Notes: generated from the letters alone by a model not told the origin. Positions 1-11,918 are shown, numbered from the stretch's first letter. The stretch is DNA of 64,000 nucleotides from Candidatus Bathyarchaeota archaeon (GCA_963707955.1 OY970176.1:1984001-2048000), one strand, 5' to 3'. A program made the numbers and translations.

Positions 1-660
1 TAGGAGTAAGGGTTAATTCCAGATGGTAAGTTAACGTAATATGTGCCATTTGCGTAGGCCGTAGGTTCTGTGGTTGGGTTCGCGAGACTGCCAAGTTGAG
101 CTGGTGTTGTTGTATTGGTAGAAATCGAAGTTCTGTTGTCCAAGGGTTACGAGGGGTTGACTTTGGTCTTGGGTTATGCTCAGGCATGCTTGGCCGGTAG
201 TTGTGTTGATGATCTGGACGGTTAGTTCGCACGAAGCCTGGTAGCTAACGCCTAGTATGCCAAGCCCTGGCAAGTCATAGTTCACAGTCAAGCTTCCGCT
301 GCTGTAGCTGGTGCTTGAGAACCAGTATGCATGAAGTGCAGAGCTGTTTAAGTTGATTGAAGTTCCCCATTCAGGATGCATATTTGCTATGTTCTGAAGT
401 CCGGATTGAAGGTAGCTTGTTGCTACAGCTTGCGCGTATGACACGTTTCCAGTGACTTGTAGAACGGAACCGTAGTAGCCTAACGTGAAACCCAGAATTT
501 GTTTGATTGCAAGATTCGTCTCGTCTATAGCGTTTAGAATCGGTGCCTGATTTTGGACTGGACTGCTGCGAATTGTCGAGTAGGTCGCTATAACGGTTGT
601 GATGAGGATTACCGCTACAAGCAACGCCGCGATTATTGAGAACTGGCCATTGTTGTTCAT
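1..660 (-). CDS. Pilin-like protein with class III signal peptide; runs off the window, frameshift at ~87
   Basis: Starts MNNNG|QFSIIAALLVAVILITTVI. The listed ORF ends in an atypical tail, but deleting one base at 87 gives WQLANPTTEPTAYANGTYYVNLPSGINPYS, open to position 1. Confidence 0.7.
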
Positions 661-661
661 G

Positions 662-1996
662 CTAAACTCCTCCGGCCTCTCCAAGTTGTAGGACCACGAG
701 TCTTGAGGTTCCGCTGGCACCGTACTGAGAAGGAAAGAGTGTAGGCTTATAATCGCTCAGGAGTCCAAGCGCCGTAAGCCTGATGTCAGGGGTTCTAGCT
801 AACCCCAATGACATGAAACTGCCCGTGACGTTGCCCGAGATAATGTGCCTGTATACGGCGCCAGCGCTCCAGTTTCCCCATGGATTAAGTATGTAGGTAG
901 TGACCGTTAACTGGTACGTGCCTAGTATCGATAAGTCCATAGCCCTGGTGGATGTTTGCTGGGAAGATGGATAAATCCCATAGTAGTTGGAATAGTATTG
1001 TGCGACGTTTGATAAACTAACGACCGTGGCAGTTTCGTTAGTATCGCTGTTGGCATAAGTATAGCTCTTGTTGCTTAACCCTTCAAGAAAAGACCCGAGA
1101 CCATTACTGCCAACCATGACCATCCCATAGATTCCCCAATTGTTCTGGCTGGTTCCTATTACAGTGGTGGTGTTAGTGTTAGTTACGTAATAAAATGGCC
1201 ATCCTACTATACTTGCCCAGGTCCAATTATACTGATGTACTCTTTGCCCCAGAGTGTAGTCGTAGAGAGCATACGATTTGTTGGATGGATCGTATCCAAC
1301 ATTGCTACTCATGTAATATCCGGCTGGTATCGGTACTGCTTCTCCATTTGTGTTTATCACGACAGCGTTAGTGACATTTTCGTACAGTGAGTTGGATATC
1401 TTGGTCCCATTTAATAGCTGTCCGAGCTGCGTGGTGTTCTGTACCATTACTGTTGCCTTGAAATACGGCGAGAGCAGGTTGTACAAATCTCCAGCCAACG
1501 TCTGCGCTGTGTATCCTGTGATCCACCATCCGTTGGAGTCGCTGCAATTCAGTATGTAGAGGGTTCCCCCTGCTCCGTTTGCTCCGATTTTCTCGGGGGT
1601 TGAAAGGAAGGTTGCATTCGAGGATGCAACCAGGTAAGTGGCAACGTCGGAGCTTATGCCTAAGCTCTGGGCGTTCGAAAGGGAATTAACTACGCTATAC
1701 AACTGCGTTCCTCCGGTTGACGCGTCGTAGACCGTCAGATTGTAGACAATGTGTGCGGGGAGACTAGCGGAGAGGGCTGTCTGAAGCTGGTTCCATGATG
1801 GATCATTTGGATCGGTGAAGACTGTTTGGCTGAGGGAATGGTCAGAGTCCAGCATTTCGAGCGTCGTTAACGCTAATCTTCGAAGATTCACAGGGGAAAC
1901 TTGTTGTGGTTGAGGAAGGAAAGCGAAGAACGAAGCTATTATTGAGGCTCCAGTGATGATGATTATTACGAGCAAAACCTCTATGGTTCGCATCAT
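662..1996 (-). CDS. Pilin-like / pilus-associated secreted protein
   Basis: N-terminus MMRTIEVLLVIIIITG (Glu followed by hydrophobic helix); Asn/Ser/Thr-rich with many NxS/T sequons; in operon with secretion ATPase. Confidence 0.65.
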   Translation of the reverse strand: MMRTIEVLLVIIIITGASIIASFFAFLPQPQQVSPVNLRRLALTTLEMLDSDHSLSQTVFTDPNDPSWNQLQTALSASLPAHIVYNLTVYDASTGGTQLYSVVNSLSNAQSLGISSDVATYLVASSNATFLSTPEKIGANGAGGTLYILNCSDSNGWWITGYTAQTLAGDLYNLLSPYFKATVMVQNTTQLGQLLNGTKISNSLYENVTNAVVINTNGEAVPIPAGYYMSSNVGYDPSNKSYALYDYTLGQRVHQYNWTWASIVGWPFYYVTNTNTTTVIGTSQNNWGIYGMVMVGSNGLGSFLEGLSNKSYTYANSDTNETATVVSLSNVAQYYSNYYGIYPSSQQTSTRAMDLSILGTYQLTVTTYILNPWGNWSAGAVYRHIISGNVTGSFMSLGLARTPDIRLTALGLLSDYKPTLFPSQYGASGTSRLVVLQLGEAGGV

Positions 1997-1997
1997 T

Positions 1998-3210
1998 TTA
2001 GCTCACGACCTGATAGCCTTGCAGACTCCATAATGCGAGTTTTGCTTGATATGAAACGCCAGCGATTGTGACTAAGCGTGTGTCTGTGGTAACCCAGTCT
2101 CTTGAAAGCGGGCTAGCTCCGAAGACCACTGGAAAAGCCAATGAGCTTACTCCCCATGGCATCAACACGATGCCGGAATTTGCTTCGTCTTTCTCGTACG
2201 CAATCGCTAGAATGCCAGTGTTATTCGTTGGGATTGCGACATTGCTGTAAGCGCCAGAACTGATGCTTCCTGTGACATTGGACAGTGGCATTTCACGTAA
2301 AGTGAAGTCTTGGGCTAGAACAACAAAAATCGCGTTGTATCCTAACGTATCGTTACTTCCACCGTACACGTCACCACTGTTTGCAAGAAGCAAACTTTCG
2401 TTGCCAAAATCGCCGATAAACGGTACCGGATAACTGTTGCTGTAAGTGACGTGTTCGTAGTCTCCAGTCTCCGACTAGGCCGCTTGAGCGGGCATAAGCG
2501 ACGATGGCGTACGACGTGCTCCCATCGAGACCTGGAAAACTCAGAGAAACCTGACCTTGGCTATTCGTCACACCTGTGCCGCTCGTGATCCCGTAGTCTG
2601 GGTATGGGGCTTGACCTGTGACGTTGACGAGGCAGTAGCTGACGTTTGCGTTAGCCAGCGGGTAACCATTTCCATTCACTGTCACGGTTAGGCTGAATGG
2701 ATTCGTCGTGGCCGGACTCAGGCTAACTGTCACTATCGGTGTCAGGGTGAGGCTAAACCCGTAGGTTCCGTTTATTCCAAGCAATTGTGCCGCGGTTGAG
2801 TAGTTGATGACTTCGTTGAAAGGCGCTAATAACGATTTTTCAAACCCCATATTGGCGTTGCTGTAATACATTTTGGTCATGGGATAATATGTCGGGTTTC
2901 CTAACGAATTGCTCAGTCGCATGAGAGAAAATGGGCTGAGTTCGTACTGCGTGAATTCTGGGTCTTGGAGGCCGAAAGTCGTTGGGGTGCTATCGGTTCT
3001 TCCCCAGAACGTCGTGGTTGCCGAGTCAAGCGGACTGCCAGGGTTGAGAAGCATGCTGTCAAGCAGGTCACTGCATTTAGTTGCGAGATATCTGTGGCTC
3101 TGGTACAGAATTGCAGTTTGTATGGTCTGGTTGAAAAGACCTATGAAAAGAAGTAACGCTGCCAGTAACACTATGAGGGCAACAATGTGATCAATAGTTG
3201 CGCCGGCCAT
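1998..3210 (-). CDS. Pilin-like protein split by a +1 frameshift at ~2468
   Basis: MAGATIDHIVALIVLLAALLLF N-terminus; removing one base at 2468 fuses ORF 2371..3249 to ORF 1998..2393 (GLVGAGDYEHVTYSNSYPVPFIGDFGNESLLLANSGDV). Confidence 0.65.
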
Positions 3211-3217
3211 CTTTTCC

Positions 3218-3694
3218 CTACCCTCCGAACCATAGCGATATCGTTCCATTCGAAAACTTTTGGGCGCTGACGCATGCGTTTGTAGAATTACTCATAAAGA
3301 TGGATTGCTTCCAAAGAACGTTGGATCCTAAGATGACCGTGGTGGTCACGGAGTTTGAGGTTCCGACTAGTTTCACTGTTAATTGCAAGAAGGACGGATT
3401 TGAAGGGTTTGTGCTCGACGACAGAATCGCATTTCCCGTGTAATAAGAACTCTCAATGAACTGTGGAAGTCCTGGGGAATAGGTTATTGTTCCTGCAGGT
3501 ATCGAGTCGTGATTCAGGGAGAAATACAGTTGCTGCACTGCGCTTCCTAGTTGACCTGCAACATCTTGGACAGCAAGTGTTCTTCGCGAATCTACCCAAG
3601 TGTTCATGAGCGAATTTGCAAAAATGGGAAAAAGGAAGATCTGAAGTATCAACACCGGCATCATAATGATGTACTCGATTGTCACGTGTGGCAT
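3218..3694 (-). CDS. Small pilin-like protein
   Basis: MPHVTIEYIIMMPVLILQIFLF N-terminus (IEY plus hydrophobic helix); GGAGG Shine-Dalgarno upstream. Confidence 0.7.
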   Translation of the reverse strand: MPHVTIEYIIMMPVLILQIFLFPIFANSLMNTWVDSRRTLAVQDVAGQLGSAVQQLYFSLNHDSIPAGTITYSPGLPQFIESSYYTGNAILSSSTNPSNPSFLQLTVKLVGTSNSVTTTVILGSNVLWKQSIFMSNSTNACVSAQKFSNGTISLWFGG

Positions 3695-3713
3695 TCATAT
3701 TCCTCCAAAGTGG

Positions 3714-4590
3714 TTAAGCATACTCTCCTATAGCAACGGTCACATTTCCAGTGTAGAATTCCAATGAAGAGCCTGCTGGGACGTGTAAGTCTGCCTGAGA
3801 ACTGTTGAAATCGAAAAAGGTTGAGTCGAACCCCCCCGAAACTTGGGGAGGTTTGTGGAAAGGCAACGGTTATGTTGATCTCTTTGACATTCTGTACTGT
3901 TTGAACATTGAATGCCGTTGCCATAAGTGTAACGGATTGTGAAATGTGCAGGTTATTTCCTGATGGTTGAAGGATGGGCAAATAAAAGTTATAGTAGCCC
4001 GTATTTGCCACCGTCGAATTCAGCATCCTTATCGAAGGTGCAACGACTACTCTTACGTAACTACCATCCTTCATTGGAACTCTTTCGATCACGAATACGT
4101 GACTCACTGGTGCGGTGGTGCCCTGTACTAGGAAGGAACTGTTTGATGTGGGAGATATGAGTTCCATGTAGTTGTTGGCAATGTTGTAACTGCCCGTGGG
4201 CATGTTGAAAAAGAGGGCGCCTGTGGTGAAGCTGACATTCGGCGTGTTTGCACCGTTTACGTAAAGAGCGTAGGTCAAATTCGCGGTCCCAAAGGTGATT
4301 TGACCAAACTGGCTTGCATAACGCATTGTTTGCGTGCGTCCAACAGTCCATGCTACGTCGTCTATTTGCTGGCCGACTGTCTGCATAAACTGTTCCATCG
4401 CGCTAAACTCGTTTTCTGCTATCCGCGCGTTCATGTAGTTGTTTGCGAAAATAACAGTGACTAGGAGTAGCACCACTATGGTGCTCGTGATTATTACGGT
4501 GGAAATGGCTGGGGTAACCGCCTTTTTGTCGTTTCTGAGTCGATGTATCATGTTACTCTTCGCTCTTTCCTTGATCTTTTTTCCTATCAA
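3714..4590 (-). CDS. Archaeal pilin with class III signal peptide; frameshift in G7 run at 3831-3837
   Basis: DKKA|VTPAISTVIITSTIVVLLLV prepilin motif; removing one G restores FGGFDSTFFDFNSSQADLHVPAGSSLEFYTGNVTVAIGEYA* ending at 3714. Confidence 0.75.
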
Positions 4591-6257
4591 AATTTTATGA
4601 ACATGGGCACCAGTTTCGCAGCGACAACGGATACTACCACGAGGATTGAGGCATGCTTGAAGCCTGCCGCAATTGATTCTTCGCTTATCTTACCTGCTAC
4701 TATGCCTATGAGATAACTGGAGAAAATGCATGATGTGTTGAATACGGCTCTTATCCAGCTCATGTCCGGCGGTTGCGTTCCTCCGGATATCCCAAAAGTG
4801 CCTGAAGTGAAGCCTAACATCATGGTTGTTGTTATCACAAGAAGAAGAGCGCACATATAAGGCATCATTATGTACGGACGGGTATCCGACTTCTTTTGTT
4901 TGTCAATTTCTTGCGTCAAGTTGTTAAAGCGTGCAAGCGATTCTATCATTGCGATTGTGCCGCCGCCCACGTCCACAGTTTCAACGAGCAAGAACATGAC
5001 GATCTGAGACATCCAGCTTCGAGTTCTCTTGACAAAATCCATTATCACTTTTCGGACAGGAAGTCCCCAAGAGATTTCTGAGCTTATCTTGCGTAGTTCT
5101 TTGCTGAATACACCGTAGTCGCGGTGTGAAAGACTTTCAATGCATTTTTCTGGCGACAGGCCAGTTTTTCTGACTTCTGTCAAGTCTCTAAGGAAACTGT
5201 TTATGCCCTCTTCAGTCTGCGTTGTATGGGTTGAGAGTTTGCTGTGCACTATCGCAGCGGGCGCCGTGGCAACAAACAACGATACGGCCGTGGCCACGGG
5301 CAGGTCGACTAGTGAGCCAAAGATCTTGAAAACGTAGAGTAGCACGAACAGCACTATGCCTATGATGCCGCATAATGCAAACACCTTGTAGGGACGCATT
5401 TCGGTGATAGGAGTCTTGGGCTGCATGCTGTGTGCCAGGTAGATGAACATCATTGAAAGCATGGGACTGAGTCCGAATGTGTAGAGGATTATCATTGAAG
5501 TGGACCCTCCGCCGCCTACGCCGCCGATGTTTTCAACGCTGAACATGATGTAGAAGCAGAGGGACATCATGACGTTGACGATTATGAAAGTCTCCAGGAG
5601 CATTCCAAGTCTTTCAGCAGCGGCTCTGACACGAAGTGCTCTTGCTTTGAATATGTCTTCGGCTTTTCTTTCGAGGAAGTGTCCGATGTCGCCGCCGATG
5701 ATTACTGTCGACGCGTACCCTGACAAGAAATCTTTGAAGATGTCCAGGGGGTTTTTCTTTGCTGCGTTTTCAATCGCAGTTAGCGGGTCTATGCCGAAGA
5801 TCTCAACGTCTTTTATGATTTCTCTTGCCTCGCTCTTCATGTATGGCAGCAGATCGACCTCGGAGAGTCTTTTGAAGCTGCTGTACGGTGCTATGCCTCC
5901 GGAAGCCATTACGCTGATGTAAGATGAAGCAAACGGCATCTCTCGTTCCAAGTTGGCCGCTCTGTCACCGGCTCTAGACATTGGAACTAGGAAAAACCCG
6001 ATAATCACGAAGAGCGGAAGGGGAATCAGGAAAATGACCGGAATGAAGCCGTAGAGAAGCATGACAACTGCGCAGACTGCCGATATTGGAATGGTTAATA
6101 CGGCTATGAAAAGCATCAATGACACGTAGGTTTCTGGGTAAATCTTGATCCTTGCTTTTTCCAAGTAGTCTTTAAACTGTATATGTTTCAGAAAAGAGGG
6201 CGATGTTCTTCCGAAGATGCGGAAGGACCACGCCTCAAGGGTTTCTAGAAACGGCAA
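4587..6257 (-). CDS. Type II secretion system F-family (TadC/ArlJ-like) pilus platform protein
   Basis: Two T2SF-like cytoplasmic domains (EREMPFASSYISVMASGG; FLRDLTEVRKTGLSPEKCI) separated by TM helices; adjacent to secretion ATPase. Confidence 0.9.
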   Translation of the reverse strand: MPFLETLEAWSFRIFGRTSPSFLKHIQFKDYLEKARIKIYPETYVSLMLFIAVLTIPISAVCAVVMLLYGFIPVIFLIPLPLFVIIGFFLVPMSRAGDRAANLEREMPFASSYISVMASGGIAPYSSFKRLSEVDLLPYMKSEAREIIKDVEIFGIDPLTAIENAAKKNPLDIFKDFLSGYASTVIIGGDIGHFLERKAEDIFKARALRVRAAAERLGMLLETFIIVNVMMSLCFYIMFSVENIGGVGGGGSTSMIILYTFGLSPMLSMMFIYLAHSMQPKTPITEMRPYKVFALCGIIGIVLFVLLYVFKIFGSLVDLPVATAVSLFVATAPAAIVHSKLSTHTTQTEEGINSFLRDLTEVRKTGLSPEKCIESLSHRDYGVFSKELRKISSEISWGLPVRKVIMDFVKRTRSWMSQIVMFLLVETVDVGGGTIAMIESLARFNNLTQEIDKQKKSDTRPYIMMPYMCALLLVITTTMMLGFTSGTFGISGGTQPPDMSWIRAVFNTSCIFSSYLIGIVAGKISEESIAAGFKHASILVVVSVVAAKLVPMFIKF

Positions 6258-7863
6258 CTGCCTTAACCTCCTCCCCTGCGAGAACCTTCTCGTAGATCTG
6301 CTTTGGCTTGGCAGAATACTCTGCTATTATTGCGGCCACGTCCTTGTAGCTTCTGATGTCATGTTCTCTCATCCAATGGAGTACGACTCTGCGCTTCTCA
6401 ATTTCTGCGATGAGGTCTTTCTTGCTCATGCCCAGTCGCTCGGAGATCCCGGCAAGCATTACACTCTTGTCAAACGCTTGTATCTGTTCGTCCTTGTTCG
6501 GGTTCCATTTGAAGACTGTCCTGTAGTCCTCGTAGTTCGCGATCTCGTTCACGTCCAGTATACGCCTGTACGCCTTTCGTTCGCTGTTCTTGATCAGGTG
6601 GACTCTTTGAACCGACAGCACTATGTTCATCAGCGGAATGTATGCTGGAGAGATGTCCATGGGTTTAGAAGTCAGTCGTTTAATCGCTGAATCCAGGTTT
6701 TCAGCGTGCATGGTGCACATTCCACCGTGGCCCGTGGCCAAGGCTTGGAAGAGCACGTATGCTTCTTGTCCTCTCACCTCTCCCACTATGAGTATGTCTG
6801 GACGGTGTCTCATCGAAGTTTTGACCAAGTCGAAAAGTGCAACTTCTCCTGTGCTGTCTCCGCCCAGGCCATAGCTTTGTCTGGCGATTAGTGAAACCCA
6901 GTTTTCAAGGGGTAGATTAAGCTCAGCTGTTTCTTCTATCGTGATGACCTTGCTTCCAGGCTTAATCAGGCAGGCCAGAGCGTTTAGGGCGGTTGTCTTT
7001 CCTGCTGCCGTTCCGCCCAAAACCATTATGGAGGCTCTTTGTTCAAGGCATTGCCAGAGGTAAGCGGCCATCTCCTCCGAGAAAGTGCCTATGTTTATGA
7101 GGTCTATTATGGAATACGGGTCTTCTCTAAACTTCCTTATGGTGAAAGCCGTGCCGAAAGGCGTGACTTCGCGTCTGTAGCACACCGAAAGCCTGTGCTT
7201 ACCCGGCAGCGAGGCATCGACGATCGGGAAGGCTGAGCTTACGTGTTTTCCAGCCATGTGTACGAGCTTAACAACCATGTTGTCAAGTTCTTCATCCGTC
7301 TGAAACTCGATGTTGGTTTCGATGCTCTCGTAGGTTCGGTGCCAAATATAAACGGATTTGCCTACACCGTCACATGAAATATCTTCAATGTTCGGGTCTC
7401 GCATCAACGGGTCGATCTGACCGAACCCCACGAGGTCTCTTTCCGCGTGGTAGAGAATCTTGTACCACGACACGTCGGGCAACCAGCCGAGGCTTATGCG
7501 GTACTTGTCAACGATCTTCTTTGCCTCGTCTGCGAAGAACCTTCTAGGATCCAGAATTTCCTCTTTTGGGGACTCGATCTCTGCGAGGAGTATTTCTAGG
7601 ATGCGGTTGTAGACGCTTCTCTCCAGCGGGTCGAGCTGCAGTTCGTCTAGAATGTACTTGAACTCCCCAGTTTTTGGGTTTTGTGCGATAGCCACGTGGG
7701 CGAAAGGCTCGTAAAGCGGGTATTTTTCCACAACCTTGTACCCTCTGGGTACGGGTCTTGGCGTTGGAGCAGGGACGGCTGTCTGCTCGCGCTTTTTAAA
7801 GTTGAGTTTGATCTGCACTGTCTTCAGCTTTGCCAGTTTTCCTTTCAGACGCAACTGTGTCAT
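6235..7863 (-). CDS. Type II/IV secretion system ATPase (VirB11/CpaF/ArlI family)
   Basis: Walker A GGTAAGKTT, Asp box TIEETAEL, Walker B RPDILIVGEVRG, His box ATGHGGMCTMHA. Confidence 0.95.
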   Translation of the reverse strand: MTQLRLKGKLAKLKTVQIKLNFKKREQTAVPAPTPRPVPRGYKVVEKYPLYEPFAHVAIAQNPKTGEFKYILDELQLDPLERSVYNRILEILLAEIESPKEEILDPRRFFADEAKKIVDKYRISLGWLPDVSWYKILYHAERDLVGFGQIDPLMRDPNIEDISCDGVGKSVYIWHRTYESIETNIEFQTDEELDNMVVKLVHMAGKHVSSAFPIVDASLPGKHRLSVCYRREVTPFGTAFTIRKFREDPYSIIDLINIGTFSEEMAAYLWQCLEQRASIMVLGGTAAGKTTALNALACLIKPGSKVITIEETAELNLPLENWVSLIARQSYGLGGDSTGEVALFDLVKTSMRHRPDILIVGEVRGQEAYVLFQALATGHGGMCTMHAENLDSAIKRLTSKPMDISPAYIPLMNIVLSVQRVHLIKNSERKAYRRILDVNEIANYEDYRTVFKWNPNKDEQIQAFDKSVMLAGISERLGMSKKDLIAEIEKRRVVLHWMREHDIRSYKDVAAIIAEYSAKPKQIYEKVLAGEEVKAVAVSRNP

Positions 7864-7929
7864 TGTTGTTCTCCTGTGCTATACTGTTCATATGCGAACG
7901 GTCTATTAAATATTACGTCTCACGAGACC

Positions 7930-10900
7930 TTACTGCCCTTCCGTCTCTTCCTTGGTTGAAACAACTATGAGTTCTTCTTGATCAGAACAAGGATTAGGAC
8001 CGCAACAACTATTGGGATCGCAACGAGAAGCACGGTTAACAACGGGAAGCCTTGTTCTTCAGGAGCAACGATCAATGTCACGGTTGACTGTCTCTGCTGA
8101 TATCCGCTTTTTGCCAACATAACCGTCATGTTCAGCGTGTCTACTGGGGCTTGTGGAGCGGTTATGATGAATGTGCAGGTTCCAGTTGAGTCTGTGACAT
8201 TTGTCAGTGGGCCTCCGTACCCGTATGATACTGTGACTGTTGCACCGGCCACTGACGTGGCGTCTTCCTTGCACGTCACGTGTATCGACACCGTTTCTGT
8301 TTGGCCTGACCAAAGTGTCGCCGGGGCTGTTTGAAAACCAAACGTCCTAGGGTTCACTGTGATGTTCAGCTGACCTGTGCTGTCAAGGTATCCCGTTTCT
8401 GAAGCGGTTGCTAAAAACGAGATGTTGGTGGCCGCATTAACTGTGGGTGCAGTGAAGGCGAATGTCACGTTGCCAAAGCCGTCTGTCACTCCTGTCGTCT
8501 GGGCGAAGGTTCCGTTGGCTGCCGTGATCGTGACGTTAGCCGCCTGAATCGGACTGCTTCCGTATCCCACGTGAACCGTGACGTTTGAGTTTCCATATGA
8601 ATATGTGATGGGCGAATCTGGAATGATGCTGACCGAAAGAACCTTTGGCATTATCATCACTACCGTTTGACTTTCACCGTCTACGTATCCGCTCATGACG
8701 GCTGTCGCAGTGATGGTTGCGTTGAGTCCGTCGCTCGATGAGGTCTGGGGTGCTGTGAAGGCAAATATTGCGGCACCTGTTGTGTCTGTTAGCTGCGTTA
8801 CCGTGGAGAAGTTTCCGCCGACGTCTGAGGTCACGGTGACCGTCGCATTCGCAACAGGGTTCCCGTCAAAAGTTACGACCGCCGTTATGGTCGCTGATTC
8901 TTCCGAAAGAATTACGTCGGGGCTGGAGATCACTTCTACAGCGAGTTCTCGAGGTTCAACGCTTACGATCGTTTCTCCCTGTCCGTCAGCATATTGCGGT
9001 TTGCTGGCTGTGACTGTGACGGTAATGTTGACCTCACTCAGCGTCAGCGGGGCTGTGAGTGTAAATGCTGCTGAACCGTTTGAGTCTGTTGTTCCGGTAT
9101 TAGCTGAAAGTGTGCCGTTGGTGCACGATAATGTCAGGTTTGCCCCGGTAACGGGTTCTCCGGATTGATCCGTCACATAAACATTCAATGCTGTCACTTC
9201 TTCAGACCTTATCGTCGAAGGTACGGGGATCACCTGAACTATCAGTGGTGGAAGAACTCTGACGTACGCGTAGTCGGAACCGTCCGCGTACCCGTTCATT
9301 GAGGCTCTCGCGATTATTCTGACATCCGTTATCTCTGTGACGTTTGGCGCCGTGAAGTTCGCTGTAAAGTACCCATTGACGTCCGTCAACCCTGACTGGG
9401 GTGAGAAGCTTCCGCCCCTTACGGAGAGCATCGTGACGTTGGCGTAAGCAGCTGCGCTGCCTCCCGCTGACACGTAGACCGTAACTGACGTCTGTCCGTT
9501 GTAGGCAACGGTAGAATTGCTCACAGAGACTGATGCACCCAACTGAGGAAGGTCTGCAACGGTTACTGTCGTGAATGTAGGTGCGCTTACGTTTCCGAAA
9601 TCGTCCTCTACGGTCAGGCTCGCGACGTAGGTTCCTGGTGAAGAGTAGCTGTGATTGAAAAGCGAAAGTGTTGTCCAACCGCTGTTTCCTGCGTCGTTGA
9701 AGTCGAAAAAGTACTGGTACACGCTTCCGTCATCGTTTGAGTCTGTTCCCACGAACGTGACATCTTGCCCGGGTGCCACTAGGAGCTTGTCTGTCCAGAG
9801 AACTGCTGTTGGAGGGGCGTTATTGTATGCGAATGGGTGCGTTAACCACGGTATGAAGAGAAGGTTTGTGCCGTTACCTCCGACGCTGTTTCCTTTTCCG
9901 TACGGGTTCAACGATTCATGCTCGGGGCCGGTCTCCTGGCCCCAGTAGTTGTGTGTTGCGTTGACTGTGCCAGTGTATGATAGGGCCAGTTCGACACCTT
10001 GCCCATTCTCGAATATGTCGTTGAAGTAGACTGTGTGATTTGCGGAGCCATCATACTGTATTCCGACGGTGTTGTTTGAGACGTAGTTGCCGGTGATATA
10101 GGTGCTCGCGTTGGCCGAGATGAAAAGCCCAAAGTTGTTTGCGGTCACGTTGTTCCCGGTTATGACTGTCTTGTCCAGGGTTTCTGCTTCTAGGAGTATT
10201 CCGTTTTGCGTGCTAGAAGAAATTTCGTTTTGTCTGATATCCATTGTTCCTGTTAGATTACCAGTCAGGAGCACGCCGTTTATATTTGATGTGATAAGGT
10301 TGTTGTACACGTTCACCTGGTTACCTCCAGCTATGAGGATGCCGTTTCCGTTTGAATCTATGATGTCGTTTTCTATTGAAGCAAGGTCTCCGCCTGCTAT
10401 GTTGATGGCGCTGAAGGTGTTGTTGGTGGTGCTCAAGCTGTTGTTGGCCAACTCGCTGTTCTGAATGGTCAATGCACCACCGTTCAATATGATTCCGTTC
10501 TCAGAGTTGAATCGTATCACACTGTTTTCTACGTCCAAGATGCCGCTGTCGACTGTTATTCCGTTTGTTCCGTTTTCGATGATGCAGTTCATGAACGATG
10601 ACGGTTGTGTTCCCTTGATTTCGATTTTCTCCCAAGCGATGGCGCCGGACGGGTCGTTGGTGGTGAAAAGAATGTTTCGCTCCGGCGTTCCGTTTGCTAC
10701 GACTGTTCCGTTCACTATAAGCGAAAAGTCTCCTCCAAACCTGACCTCAACACCCGGTCTCGATCGTCAGCGTTGCACCCGGGTTGACGGTCACGTCGTT
10801 AGAAAGCACGAACGGGCTGTCCACTAGGGTCCATATCGTGTCCTGCGTGATTACGCCCTCAACGTATGTCGCTTTGGCGGTGGGCAGGGTTTTGTAGGCG

Positions 10901-10962
10901 ATGTTGAGGGAACCAAAGATTATGGTGAATAAGAGGAGTAGTAACGTGAATTGTTTCTTCAT
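7930..10962 (-). CDS. Large cell-surface protein: parallel beta-helix repeats, PKD domain, Ig-like repeats, C-terminal TM; frameshifts at ~10758 and ~7971
   Basis: Signal peptide MKKQFTLLLLL; removing a base at 10758 gives TLTIEPGVEVRFGG joining ORFs 10747..11049 and 7965..10715; N-x-I-x-x-N repeats; PKD HSYSSPGTYVASLTV; repeated G-x-TD-x-x-G-x-x-x-F-TAP units; TM followed by basic residues. Confidence 0.8.
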
Positions 10963-11144
10963 GGGGAAACATCCAATTTGTATTCGAGTTCGTGTTATTC
11001 CTCTCGTTCGTACCAGCTTAAGCGTTATGAATTCAGAATAAAACTTCAAAATCTTGAGGTGAATGGTTTTCTGGTTGTGCGTGGTTGGGCAAGAGATTTA
11101 ACGAAGCGAAAGAACAACCTGATTCACAGTTGTGAGGGGGTTGC

Positions 11145-11918
11145 TTGAGAAGTTTCACTGCGTTCGCTCCGGAGGGTTTTCCGCTTGTGAAGCCAGGAGA
11201 CAACGTTGCAGGAATCATCGTTGAGACTTGTGAAAAGAACGGTTTTAGGATTCAGGAAGGCGACGTGATCGTTGTTGCCCAGAAGGTCTTCTCGAAGGCT
11301 GAAAATCGTTTGTTCAGACTGAGAGAAGTTGTTCCTTCAAGAAGAGCTCAAGAGCTTGCCAAGACGACTGGGAAGAGTCCGAGGTTCGTGGAGCTTGTTT
11401 TGAGGGACACTGCGAACGTGCTCAAGGCTTCTTATGAAGTGCTGCTGGTTGAGGACAAGCGCGGTTTGATATGTATAAATGCTGGAATAGACAAGTCGAA
11501 CGTTGAGGGGAGAGGAAACTTCGCGTTGCTGCCCGAGAACCCTGATTTGTCCGCGAAAGAGTGCCGCTTGGAGATGAAGAAACTGACAGGCGTGAACGTG
11601 GCCGTGATCGTTTGCGACACTTACAGTCGTCCTTTCAGGCGTGGGCAGGTGAACTTTGCGATAGGAGCTGCTGGAATCAACCCGTTCAGGGATTATCGCG
11701 GAACGCGGGATCTGTTCGGTCAGGTTTTGAAGGTTAAGAATGTTGCTGTGTTGGATGAGGTTGCTGCCGCGGCAGAGTTGCTCATGGGACAAGGGAAGGA
11801 AGCAAGGCCCGTTGTGGTTTTCAGGGGTTTGAGCGGTGCAGTAGCGGTTTGTGACGAGTGCAGCACAAGAGGTCTGCAGATTTCGAGGCAGGAAGACCTG
11901 TTTAAGGGTGCCCTATGA
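11145..11918 (+). CDS. cofE: Coenzyme F420-0:L-glutamate ligase
   Basis: GDVIVVAQKVFSKAE, NAGIDKSNV, DTYSRPFRRG, DLFG, DEVAAAAELLMGQ motifs. Confidence 0.93.
   Translation: MRSFTAFAPEGFPLVKPGDNVAGIIVETCEKNGFRIQEGDVIVVAQKVFSKAENRLFRLREVVPSRRAQELAKTTGKSPRFVELVLRDTANVLKASYEVLLVEDKRGLICINAGIDKSNVEGRGNFALLPENPDLSAKECRLEMKKLTGVNVAVIVCDTYSRPFRRGQVNFAIGAAGINPFRDYRGTRDLFGQVLKVKNVAVLDEVAAAAELLMGQGKEARPVVVFRGLSGAVAVCDECSTRGLQISRQEDLFKGAL

Noticed and set aside
1-7863. Archaellum operon
   Set aside because: No arlH/F/G or recognisable archaellin in the window; layout fits a pilus-type locus.
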